Origin: an uncultured Gemmatimonadota bacterium | GTDB taxonomy: Bacteria; SM23-81; DAOVCL01 | Length of the DNA: 64,000 nt | Direction: 5' to 3' | Assembly: GCA_964626665.1 (NCBI GenBank) | Contig: CAZVGK010000003.1 | Span: 110,535 to 174,534, forward strand | Shown here: positions 20,259-29,067 of the stretch, piece by piece | How positions within the stretch are numbered: position 1 is the stretch's first letter | Layout: every line of letters starts with the position of its first letter | Made by a program: the position numbers and the translations under genes | The notes under the pieces: generated by a model | Databases searched by the model: none | Seen by the model: the letters and a program-made list of their open reading frames with translations, nothing else | What the model was told of the DNA's origin: nothing

Positions 20259-20688
20259 AACCACAAGATTACACAAGATTTTCACGAGATTATCCTTCTT
20301 TCCTCCAATTTTTCTTTGCCAAAATTGAAAAGTAATCCAATTCTATATTTTGTAGCCTTCAAATAATGCATCAACTGCGCCTCATCCACCTTTGTTAAAC
20401 CAGAGGTAGCTTTAATCTCAACAATAACCTTCCCATCCACTACCAAATCAGCTCTATACTTTTTAGGAATTAAGTGGTCTTTATAATAGATATCGATCTC
20501 AACTTGTTTCTGGAAAGGAATTCTTTGCAGCCTTAATTCATAGCATAGAGCTTCTTCATAGACATATTCCAGGAAACCGTTTCCTAATTCATTATGGACT
20601 TCCATCGCCGCACCAATGATTCTGTAAGTCAGATCTTTATATAACCATTTGTCATCATCTGTGCTCATCTTGTGTTAATCTTGTGGTT
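20259..20688. mobile_element. GxxExxY cassette with ~32-bp terminal inverted tandem repeats
   Basis: Left AACCACAAGATTACACAAGATTTTCACGAGAT; right reverse complement AACCACAAGATTAACACAAGATGAGCACAGAT; mobility inferred. Confidence 0.65.
20282..20668 (-). CDS. GxxExxY protein (PD-(D/E)XK nuclease-like)
   Basis: GFLEYVY motif, RADLVVD..IVEIKA, GLLFNFG. Confidence 0.95.
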   Translation of the reverse strand: MSTDDDKWLYKDLTYRIIGAAMEVHNELGNGFLEYVYEEALCYELRLQRIPFQKQVEIDIYYKDHLIPKKYRADLVVDGKVIVEIKATSGLTKVDEAQLMHYLKATKYRIGLLFNFGKEKLEERRIIS

Positions 20689-21270
20689 ACGAAAGCCTTT
20701 TATACACCTTTCATAATCCTCTTTTGTGTTGATATTAAGGACAACGTTCTTATCTCCCACGGGAAGCTCGACGACACTATCTCTATTCTCCTTAATCACG
20801 AATCGAGCTCCAATGTCCTCCGGGGCATTCATCAACTCCTTTATATATTTGGAGTTAAAGCCAACTGGATGTCCCCTTTTGCCTTTGTATTTCGGAAGAA
20901 CTATCGGGGACCCCTTTTTAAGGAGGTCAACAATTGCCTGGTAAGTAGTCACTGAAACCAGAGGATGATCCACAAGGACCATCAGAAAAGCATCTATGTC
21001 TGAGGAGAGAAGGTTCAATCCAACCTTCAGGGAGAAGAGCTGTCCCCTTTCATAATTATCGTTTACTAGAGACTTTACATCTGCGGGAAGATGCGACTTA
21101 ATCTCTCTTGCCTTATGGCCTAAAACGACGACGATCTCCCTTAACCCTGCCCTTTTTAAGCTTTCTATAATAGTATTTAGAAAGGTGGACCCTCCGAGGG
21201 GCAAAAGGGATTTTGGAATGCCCATTCTCTCCGATTTACCTGCTGCTAAAATTATCGCCGCGATCTTCAT
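20665..21270 (-). CDS. mocA: Molybdenum cofactor cytidylyltransferase-like NTP transferase
   Basis: ILAAGKSERMG..K, LVDHP, GHPV, NINT..DY; xdh context. Confidence 0.85.
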   Translation of the reverse strand: MKIAAIILAAGKSERMGIPKSLLPLGGSTFLNTIIESLKRAGLREIVVVLGHKAREIKSHLPADVKSLVNDNYERGQLFSLKVGLNLLSSDIDAFLMVLVDHPLVSVTTYQAIVDLLKKGSPIVLPKYKGKRGHPVGFNSKYIKELMNAPEDIGARFVIKENRDSVVELPVGDKNVVLNINTKEDYERCIKGFRNHKINTR

Positions 21271-21280
21271 TACAAAGGAT

Positions 21281-22021
21281 TTATAGCCTTATATTGATCT
21301 TTCGTCCCCATTTCCTAATTCCCTGGGTATTGGCACCAAGTGAAACTGTCTGAAGTAAATTTTCTGAGTCAACCACCTCCATACCCGAAAGCAAAGTTAT
21401 CCCATGATCCTTCAATACCTCCGGAATCATAGGTGTTGTTGGTCCTATTATTGCCACGGTTCTGGCATTAGCACAGAGGGGAAGTAACCTATCAATTGTT
21501 TTATTTGTGAAGGATGTTCCGCTGATAACTATCACTTCACATTTGGGGAGAAGCAGAGGCTCAGCCCAGTCCGGCCTATACCCCCTTAGTCCATCGATGG
21601 GGTAACGTTCAAATACATATAGCTCTTTGGATAGTTTACGCAATTCTGGGATAAGTGGTAAAAAGGAACCTACCATACAAACTGTATCCCCACTGGTAAC
21701 ATCGAAAAATTGCAAGGCGTTGCCCTCAAAGAGGAGATCACTATCCACTTCGGAGAGTGCATTCACCGTGGCCATTCCTATTGCAGCCATAAGAAAATTG
21801 TCTGAAGTTGATAACTCCAAACATTTAATAGACTTACCGTATAACATCTGAGGTTTTAGGTGAGGAAGGGGATGGGCAAGCTCTCTGACCAATGTGGAGG
21901 CGAGGCCACATCTTCCACTATCTAATTTCACCGCCGTCAAACACAGTCCTACTCTTATATCGACGATTTCGTGTTCTTTTGCCCTGTCCTGCAGGGAGTC
22001 GATTATGTCACCTACAAGCAT
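21281..22021 (-). CDS. DUF364 family Rossmann-like protein
   Basis: AIGMATVNA, VGSF.P, ISGTSFTNKT, IGPTTP. Confidence 0.85.
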   Translation of the reverse strand: MLVGDIIDSLQDRAKEHEIVDIRVGLCLTAVKLDSGRCGLASTLVRELAHPLPHLKPQMLYGKSIKCLELSTSDNFLMAAIGMATVNALSEVDSDLLFEGNALQFFDVTSGDTVCMVGSFLPLIPELRKLSKELYVFERYPIDGLRGYRPDWAEPLLLPKCEVIVISGTSFTNKTIDRLLPLCANARTVAIIGPTTPMIPEVLKDHGITLLSGMEVVDSENLLQTVSLGANTQGIRKWGRKINIRL

Positions 22022-22063
22022 GTTGATAGATTATCAGAAGACCAGAGAATCAGAACGAGATTA

Positions 22064-22869
22064 TCAGATTCTCTTGGCACCTTTCCGGTTACTTTGGTCC
22101 CTCTTTTCTGCGATTCTCGCTATCAAACCGTTTAACCCGCGGATTATCTCCTCATACTCATCAATCATTGCCTGAGCCTGAAAATCAGATAAATAATGCT
22201 TATCTTCCATTTCCCTCAAATGATTTTGTGTTTCTCCAGATTCCTTTCTTGCTGTATAAAACCCTTTTATTTTATTGTTGTAATAGTAACTTGAATTACC
22301 TTCGGCAATATTATCCGCCACAGACTTTGACGAGCGTTCAATTTGACCGCGGAGTACATATTTTTCATTCGGGGGTAGTGTCTTACAAATCTCATGAATT
22401 TCTAGCATTAGCTTATGTGCCTTTTGCCATACCCATAACTTTTCATGTCTGGGAGTTATCCCCCTCTTCTTATCATAATTTTGGGTGGCGTAGTCAAAAT
22501 TGTTGCTAAGCAGATCTTTGAAATCCAGAATCTTTAAGTAAATCAACGCCTTCTGTAGTATAGTCGTTCAAATAAGGTCTTATCACTTACCACAGGAGGT
22601 CAGAATGAATAAATCCAGGGAACGGTTGCAGTACTCAAGTTGCTATGGACTCCATAATAGACCTTATGATTCCTTCCATGATACCTGTCAGGCAACTCTA
22701 AAGTAGTATAGATTTAAGACGTTTACAGCCTCTCTTAAAAGGAACAGACACAAGATCGATAAAAACCACTTTAGTTAGCTAAGGCGGACACCCAAAATAT
22801 CAACTGGATCGGATTCAGTCAGAAGCCTCATTAGCAACAATTTTGACTACGCCACCAATTTTGTGCCAT
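22064..22869 (-). pseudogene. Four-helix-bundle (23S rRNA IVP-like) gene interrupted after codon 4 by a MITE
   Basis: L.VWQKA, QIERSSKSVADNIAEG motifs; removing 22484-22856 plus one AATTTTG restores ATG GCA CAA AAT TAT GAT (MAQNYDKK) from 22869; might still be translated from TTG 22546. Confidence 0.8.
22484..22856. mobile_element. 373-bp non-autonomous IS derivative (MITE)
   Basis: Perfect 26-bp IR GGTGGCGTAGTCAAAATTGTTGCTAA; 7-bp direct repeat AATTTTG at 22477-22483 and 22857-22863. Confidence 0.92.
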
Positions 22870-22879
22870 AATTTTTCTG

Positions 22880-23386
22880 TTATTCTGATGCTCTCGTTCT
22901 GCTATTCTGTAATCTGATATTCTTCTCTATGAGCTCTGGGATAAACTCCCTGTTATCCTCAGTAACTTCCATAATAACCACTTCGTGCAGCGATCTAATC
23001 CTATCCAAGAATGGATTAGACTCCTTCTTCAGCACTCCCAACACGCTGCGGTCACTGTTGATTGCAGAGAAAACCGCCTTTTGAAATTCCTTACAGTCAA
23101 GTTCGAACCTCCCCAGCTCATCCATTATAATGATGTCCCTCTTAACAAGCGCCATCTCTATAGCAGATTTCCCCAACCCTTCAAAGCCCTCCTTGATAAT
23201 TTCCCAGTTTAACCCATTTCTTCTCGCTACAACTTCAGTTCTATCGGATATTAAATCTCGGAGCAAAACCAAATTAGACTCTATTTTAGTCTGAAACCCT
23301 CCATAGGAGAGGTCAATGCTCTGCAGGAATTCCCTGATGGCTGTGCTCTTCCCTATACCAATCTTACCAGTGAGGAAAATATTCAT
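22880..23386 (-). CDS. THEP1/NTPase_1 family nucleoside triphosphatase
   Basis: IFLTGKIGIGKST, GGFQT, IMDELGRFE. Confidence 0.9.
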   Translation of the reverse strand: MNIFLTGKIGIGKSTAIREFLQSIDLSYGGFQTKIESNLVLLRDLISDRTEVVARRNGLNWEIIKEGFEGLGKSAIEMALVKRDIIIMDELGRFELDCKEFQKAVFSAINSDRSVLGVLKKESNPFLDRIRSLHEVVIMEVTEDNREFIPELIEKNIRLQNSRTRASE

Positions 23387-23402
23387 CCCCCAAACACCAC
23401 TA

Positions 23403-24083
23403 TTAGGACCCAACAGTGATGGCAAAGGCTCCAATCCCCCAACAAACTGCTGAAATGGTAATGCAGGTAGCATAACCAAAAGTTGGTTTTGTCGTCAGCA
23501 GATGAACCATAGCTGGCCGGAGTTTTATCCCCACCAAATATCCAACAGGTAAGAAAATGGCTGAGAAAACCATCCAAACAAGGCCCTCTCGCACCATAAA
23601 CCCCATTGGGCTAAACGAGAGCAGATAAGTGCAGGGCGCCACTCTCATCCCCACGAAGTAAAAACTTGCTGCACCAATGAGAGCGGCTAGGGCCCCCACG
23701 CCCATTCTCGTATAGACACCTCTATCCATTCTCTCCATTAGACCAAGGGCTACCAGGCTGAGGGCAAATGACTCTAACCCCACAGCAATAGATGAGTTTG
23801 CTTTGCAGACTATGGAAATGTGCAGAATGGGAATAGAAAGCATCTTAAACAACCCAGCAATTAAACCTACCCCCAACAGCATAGTTGGCCTTTTGTAGAT
23901 AGCCAGAGTTATGCCCATACTGAGCATTCCCATACCCACGAGCAAACCAGCATGATAGGGAAAATCGATAGCCCGCAGGCCAGATCCAAGAACAACCTCA
24001 AAGAATCCCCAAATAGAACCAAAGAGCAAAATCCCCATAACAACAGGGAATCCACCTTGCCATTTGCTAACTTCTGTGCTCAT
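23403..24083 (-). CDS. Integral membrane protein, possibly ECF S-component-like
   Basis: About 7 hydrophobic segments; FGSIWGFFEVVLG; SD GAGGGAGGAG before MSTEV. Confidence 0.65.
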   Translation of the reverse strand: MSTEVSKWQGGFPVVMGILLFGSIWGFFEVVLGSGLRAIDFPYHAGLLVGMGMLSMGITLAIYKRPTMLLGVGLIAGLFKMLSIPILHISIVCKANSSIAVGLESFALSLVALGLMERMDRGVYTRMGVGALAALIGAASFYFVGMRVAPCTYLLSFSPMGFMVREGLVWMVFSAIFLPVGYLVGIKLRPAMVHLLTTKPTFGYATCITISAVCWGIGAFAITVGS

Positions 24084-24171
24084 CTCTCCTCCCTCTAAAT
24101 TTCCGATTTTATCCTTTTTGAGCAAGACATATGAGAAGTTTTCCCTCCCCACCCCATCTCTCGACTGGCCT

Positions 24172-24200
24172 ATAATAAGAAATGTTCATTAACCTGTCAA
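24172..24200 (-). promoter_or_regulatory. Sigma70-type promoter at the head of the catabolic cluster
   Basis: TTGACA-17-TATTAT. Confidence 0.7.
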
Positions 24201-24248
24201 GCTTTCTTGGATGAATAGTTACTACTGAGACCACTAATCAGATTACCC

Positions 24249-24520
24249 ATCATTGCGAGGCTTGCACTGAGCTGCAGCGAGGCGGCAAGCCAAAGCAATC
24301 TCCAGCAACTACCGCACTTTAGTGGGGGGGGATATTATGGAGTGCGTCAACTTCCGTTGACGCATGCTGTGACAGGGCCACAGCACTCCAAAGGGGCTAA
24401 AGCCCTCTTAACCCCCGGCTAAAGCCGGGTAGAAGTTGTGGGAGGCATCTCCCAATGCTGATGCAAGCCAAGGCCAGGAGACCCCTCCCACCCAACCAAT
24501 GACCCTCCTCGCAATGACCA
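24249..24520. repeat. CATTGCGAG..CTCGCAATG bracket enclosing the TTCTACC element and REP-like doublet
   Basis: Inverted ends near 24250 and 24510; inner part is an inverted copy of 6992-7190. Confidence 0.85.
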
Positions 24521-24759
24521 ATGAAATACCAATATGCAGACTACAATGTGACCCGAGTAATAATTATCCTTCATTTTTCTGGGATCCCGCTTCTTAAACA
24601 ATCCCTTCGCTCAGCTTCGGCATTAAACGCTTGACTTTAACCAAAGATGGGGCTAACTTTCAGTTAGGGGATTACTTGAATTTCCAGATGAACCAAGTAT
24701 AGGGGAAGAGTAAATTGCTTCAGGAAAAGAACCTTTCTCCCCTAAGCCATAAACCACAG

Positions 24760-24908
24760 AGGTCAGAGATCAGTTTACGGGAATCAGGGATCAGCCGTCA
24801 GCGGTCAGCAATTCGTCAGTTATCGGTTATCAGTTGTTAGGGGTTCCCCCCTGATCCCTGCTTCTTCATTCCTGTAAACTGACCCCTGGCTGCTGCAAAC
24901 TGACCTCT
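24760..24908. repeat. Empty 7-mer tandem bracket (GGTCAGAGATCAGTTTAC..GTAAACTGACC)
   Basis: Similar to 7250-7355 and 31126-31195. Confidence 0.8.
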
Positions 24909-24979
24909 TTGCCTAAAGTGACGCTCACCTCTTTTTAAACCTTTTGCCCAATATGGTTTCCTAATCTTAAGGAGGGAAG

Positions 24980-25495
24980 ATGGATGTCTTCGAAGCTATA
25001 AAAACCCGGCGGAGTATTCAGGAATACAAGGACAAAAAAGTAGAGGAGGAAAAGTTGCAAAGGATCCTGGAGGCCGGGAGACTTGCCCCTTCGGCAAAGA
25101 ACATTCAGGAACGGAGGTTTATAGTCGTGAGGGACAAGGGGACCAGGGAGAAACTGGCCCAAGCGGCGCGCAACCAATCCTTTGTGGCCCAAGCGCCAGT
25201 CTGCATAATTGGTTGTGCCGCAATCGCCGACTACCGGATGACCTGCGGCCAGAAGGCGTATCCCATCGATGTGGCTATAGCTGTTGACCATATGACCCTG
25301 GTAGCTGTGGAAGAAGGGCTGGGCACCTGTTGGATTGGCGCCTTCTTTGAGGATCAAGTTAAGGATATCCTCAAGATACCGGATGATATAAGGGTAGTGA
25401 CCCTCCTCTCCCTTGGCTATCCAAGTTTTCAACCTCCTGCGAAGTCCAGGCTTCCCACGGAGAAGATCATCTGTAGGGAAAGATGGAAATGGTGA
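24980..25495 (+). CDS. Nitroreductase family protein
   Basis: IKTRRSI, LAPSAKN, GLGTCWIG; SD AAGGAGG. Confidence 0.92.
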   Translation: MDVFEAIKTRRSIQEYKDKKVEEEKLQRILEAGRLAPSAKNIQERRFIVVRDKGTREKLAQAARNQSFVAQAPVCIIGCAAIADYRMTCGQKAYPIDVAIAVDHMTLVAVEEGLGTCWIGAFFEDQVKDILKIPDDIRVVTLLSLGYPSFQPPAKSRLPTEKIICRERWKW

Positions 25496-25504
25496 AGAAA
25501 TGAT

Positions 25505-25533
25505 TTGACAACCAGCAATCGAAGTGCTAATTT
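25505..25533 (+). promoter_or_regulatory. Sigma70-type promoter
   Basis: TTGACA-17-TAATTT. Confidence 0.55.
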
Positions 25534-25561
25534 GTCTCTTGCTGATTAAATGGGGGACGCT

Positions 25562-26317
25562 ATGAGAAAAATTTGGATAATAGCCTTGCTATCATTATTG
25601 CTGTGGCCCAATCTCTCCGGAGGACAGGATATTCAGCCGAGAAAATTGGTGGATTGTCCCACTGCAGGGCTTCTTCCCAAGGGCAGTTTCGACTTAGAAG
25701 TTAGGGCCTATTCCGGTGGAGGACTTCTGGCCCAGGCCTCTGTCGGCCTTACCGATAGGTTAGCTATGGGGCTCTCCTTCGGCGGGGGCAATATAATCGG
25801 TGCCGGCAAGATAGATTGGAATCCCAGGCCCGAGGCCCAGATAAAATATAGGCTCTTTGAGGAGTCACCCCTCTGGCCAGCAGTGGCCATAGGCTTCGAT
25901 TCCCAGGGCTATGGGAGCTACTCGGATAGCTCGGAGAGATATGAGATAAAATCCAAAGGAGCCTATGGAGTGCTCAGCAAGAACTACCATCTCGGGGGAA
26001 GACCTCTTGGTCTCCACTTCGGGGCTTATTATAGCTTCGAAAAAAAGGATGGCGATGATGACCCCTCTTTCTTCCTTGGTTTGGATAAAAGCCTGAATGA
26101 GGAGCTTTCCCTGGTAGCTGAATATGATTTAGCGTTAAATGACGACCGCCAAAACGGTGTTTTTGGCACTGGGAGGGGATATTTAAATATGGGAATTAGA
26201 TGGAACATTGAAAAAAGATTCTTCTTTGAGCTGGACCTCAGGAACCTCACCGATAACATAGAGAATCTATCTGGCTTTGCCCGGGAACTGAGAATAGTCA
26301 CTCTGCAATTCTTTTAA
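25562..26317 (+). CDS. YjbH-like outer-membrane beta-barrel protein
   Basis: Signal peptide, PTAGLL, alternating beta-strands, terminal Phe. Confidence 0.7.
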   Translation: MRKIWIIALLSLLLWPNLSGGQDIQPRKLVDCPTAGLLPKGSFDLEVRAYSGGGLLAQASVGLTDRLAMGLSFGGGNIIGAGKIDWNPRPEAQIKYRLFEESPLWPAVAIGFDSQGYGSYSDSSERYEIKSKGAYGVLSKNYHLGGRPLGLHFGAYYSFEKKDGDDDPSFFLGLDKSLNEELSLVAEYDLALNDDRQNGVFGTGRGYLNMGIRWNIEKRFFFELDLRNLTDNIENLSGFARELRIVTLQFF

Positions 26318-26451
26318 TCTGCCTTAATCCATTGAATTTAGGTATGGAGTAGTTAAGGTTAAAGACAATCCAATTCTGTCTTCCCAAGACGATGGGCAAA
26401 CGTAGCCAATGGGGGCTACTAAGATAGTAAATTCAAACTCGGAGAAATATC

Positions 26452-26676
26452 ATGAAAGAGGAACAAAAACTTCAGATGATTAACGAAATCAAACGGATTG
26501 AACGCCAACTTTACCTGAAAAGAAGTCAGCTTGCATCCACTGAAACTATTGATGATATACCCGCTCCTGCGTATGGGTTAGATCATAGACTATGGAAAAC
26601 ACTGATTAAGGATATAGGCAAACTCTCTATCGGAGGCAACAGTGTTGAGGACATCAGAAAGGTGCGTCAGAAATGA
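26452..26676 (+). CDS. Putative antitoxin of the PIN toxin
   Basis: 74 aa, GNSVEDIR tail, ATGA overlap with PIN gene. Confidence 0.6.
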   Translation: MKEEQKLQMINEIKRIERQLYLKRSQLASTETIDDIPAPAYGLDHRLWKTLIKDIGKLSIGGNSVEDIRKVRQK

Positions 26677-27095
26677 AGCTGGTCATTGATAGTAATATCT
26701 TTATCAGTAGTCTTGACCCAAATGACATTTTTCATTCTGAATGCTATCCCATTTTTGAGAGGATACTAAATCTTGAAATAGAAGCTTTATGTCCCACTCT
26801 TGTATTAGTTGAGACGGCATGTGCTCTACGCAGAAGAACTAATAATGAGGAGATCGCCCACAAAATCTATAAAAACTTGGCTCTTTTGCCCTCTATAAAT
26901 TGGTTGGATATAACGCTTGAAGTCGCGGAGAGGGCTTGTATGTTAGGTGTTAAATCTGGATTAAGCGGAGGTGATGCCGTAGTTTTACAAGTAGCCGAAC
27001 AGTACGGTATTCCCCTTCTAACCAAAGATAAAGAGATGAAAGAGAAGGCACTGAAGAATATTCTCATATTTGAACCGGTAGATATGGCTTTGTAG
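26673..27095 (+). CDS. PIN domain (VapC-like) toxin
   Basis: VIDSNIF, LVE, GDA, LLTKD. Confidence 0.9.
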   Translation: MKLVIDSNIFISSLDPNDIFHSECYPIFERILNLEIEALCPTLVLVETACALRRRTNNEEIAHKIYKNLALLPSINWLDITLEVAERACMLGVKSGLSGGDAVVLQVAEQYGIPLLTKDKEMKEKALKNILIFEPVDMAL

Positions 27096-27537
27096 GAGAA
27101 TTAAACAACGTTAGAGGTAAAGCTCACATTGTATGATTTCACGACGATTATTTTTCAGCATAGGTTTGCCCGGTAGAGGGATGACTCCTAAAGCTCGGTA
27201 TAGTGCGTCGCATCGAGGCATTGTTGCAAATGGCAACCAAACATACAAGAGCAATACCCCTTTAGGAGTATGCCTAAGGAACATTACAGTTAATCCAGTG
27301 TAAAAACATATTTCGCAATCGCCTTTTTAGGAAAGAAATTTGCAATTTAGAGCCCACATTCCGGAAAATCAAATTTTGGATTCGTAACTTATTGATTTTC
27401 AAAGACAAATTTTCTAGATTTTTATGGACTACATTTCAATTGCCGGTTATTAAAAAACTACCTAATTGGTTGATTTTTCCGTAGTTGTTCGTATTTGACC
27501 TTAAATTTTTTCCGGAATGTGGGTTAGAGGAGAACCT

Positions 27538-27951
27538 ATGCATGAATGGGCATTGGCGGAGGCAGTAGTTTCCACAGCACTCAAGGTAGCTAAAGAGGAG
27601 CAACTTCGGGAGATCACCAAGATTAAGGTTAAAATGGGTGAGTTGCAGCAAATAGACAGGAAAATATTTACCTCTGCCCTAAAAGAGATTATTCTCCCCC
27701 AAGAGGAGATGTTGAAAAACGCCCAGATAGAGATTGAAGCAGAAAAAGCCGCTTTTCAATGTCGGGTTTGTGGGCATGAGTGGACATATGCCGAGGCAAA
27801 AGATCAATTAGATGAAGAGGAATCGGAGTCCATCCACTTCATCCCGGAAATCTCCCATTGTTACCTCAGGTGTCCCCAATGCAAGAGCCCAGACTTCAAG
27901 GTGATTAAAGGGAGAGGTGTCTGGATAGATTCGATAGAAGGGGAACAATAG
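27538..27951 (+). CDS. hypA: Hydrogenase nickel-incorporation protein HypA (long, Thermococcales-type)
   Basis: MHEWALA, GELQ, CRVC..HFIPE..CPQC, GRG. Confidence 0.92.
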   Translation: MHEWALAEAVVSTALKVAKEEQLREITKIKVKMGELQQIDRKIFTSALKEIILPQEEMLKNAQIEIEAEKAAFQCRVCGHEWTYAEAKDQLDEEESESIHFIPEISHCYLRCPQCKSPDFKVIKGRGVWIDSIEGEQ

Positions 27952-28704
27952 GTGGATCCAAGGTTGGAAGTCATCGACAAAAGGCTCAGCGGGGTGAAGA
28001 GGGTGATTGCCGTCACCGGAGGCAAGGGGGGAATTGGAAAGAGCTTGGTTGCCTCTACTTTGGCAATGATCCTGTCCCAAATGAACCATAGGGTCGGCCT
28101 CTTGGATCTGGACTTCTCCGGGCCATCGACAGATTTGATCTTGGGAATTGAGGGAATTTACCCAAAGGAGGAGAAAGGAATTATTCCACCTGAAATTTAT
28201 GGCATTAGGTTTATGTCGGTCATCTATTATGCCCAGGACAACCCCGCACCCCTAAGGGGCATTGACATCTCCAATGCCTTAGTTGAACTGCTGGCCATTA
28301 CCCAATGGGGTAAACTGGATTTCCTCATTATTGATATGCCACCCGGCATCGGAGATGCCACCTTAGATACCATTCGCCTGATGAAAAGGGCTGAATTTCT
28401 TGCATTAACTATACCCTCGAAAGTAGCCTTGGGAACGGTAAAAAAAATGCTGTCGATGCTGAAAGAGCTTAATTTGCCCATCATTGGCCTCCTGGAAAAT
28501 ATGAAGACCAGAAATTCAATATCAATAGAGGAAAAGATAAGCGGGTTTGACATCCCCTATTTGGGGGCAATAGATTTTGATGAAAACCTGGAGAGCTCGT
28601 TAGGAGATGGAAACAGGCTCTTAGAAACAGCCTTTGCCCGAAGGCTAAGGGAGATCCTCTTAGGAGCTCCACAATTTAAATTGGCCACAACAGAATTTAT
28701 CTGA
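27952..28704 (+). CDS. Mrp/MinD-family ATPase, probably ATPase-type HypB
   Basis: GGKGGIGKS, LDLDF, PLRG, IDMPPG, ENM; no cysteines; directly after hypA. Confidence 0.85.
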   Translation: MDPRLEVIDKRLSGVKRVIAVTGGKGGIGKSLVASTLAMILSQMNHRVGLLDLDFSGPSTDLILGIEGIYPKEEKGIIPPEIYGIRFMSVIYYAQDNPAPLRGIDISNALVELLAITQWGKLDFLIIDMPPGIGDATLDTIRLMKRAEFLALTIPSKVALGTVKKMLSMLKELNLPIIGLLENMKTRNSISIEEKISGFDIPYLGAIDFDENLESSLGDGNRLLETAFARRLREILLGAPQFKLATTEFI

Positions 28705-28946
28705 CAGGATGAACAGGATTTACATGGTTTTTTTTATCCTGACAATCCCATATATCCTGTCTAAAAAAGGAATTTTTTCTGCTATGAAGTTTAATTCGGA
28801 TTATTTATTCATAAGTTTCTGCTCAGATCCTCCGAGCCACCAATGATTGAGCGGTCAGATGCCCTCATCTGACCGTTATCGGCCAGCCATCAAGTTCCTT
28901 TACTTAACGGCACGGGGGTGGGTGGCAGAATCGGGGTTCTGCCACC
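28684..28946. repeat. Composite repeats (ACAGGAT bracket, ~80-bp module shared with 34435-34512, two palindromes)
   Basis: Direct sequence comparison. Confidence 0.85.
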
Positions 28947-29067
28947 TTGGCTTTGGGATGAACTGTTCGGGATAGACAGGTCCTTGTAAATAATTAAGTT
29001 TAAAACCGTTTCGGGTTTATAACCCGCAAGAATGCAACTAAACCTTTAAAACCTAGGAGGTGATCCA

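Noticed and set aside
8013-21270. Selenocysteine readthrough in the molybdoenzyme cluster
   Set aside because: ORFs are full length with no in-frame TGA needed
22064-22869. Diversity-generating retroelement (Avd-like gene)
   Set aside because: No reverse transcriptase and no TR/VR pair with adenine-specific mismatches seen
26385-26425. Riboswitch-like GGCAAAC hairpin before the VapBC-like pair
   Set aside because: Single hairpin; not enough consensus to assign
27185-27270. ACTCCTAAAG / CTTTAGGAGT inverted repeat as a MITE
   Set aside because: Only 10 bp, single copy, no target duplication
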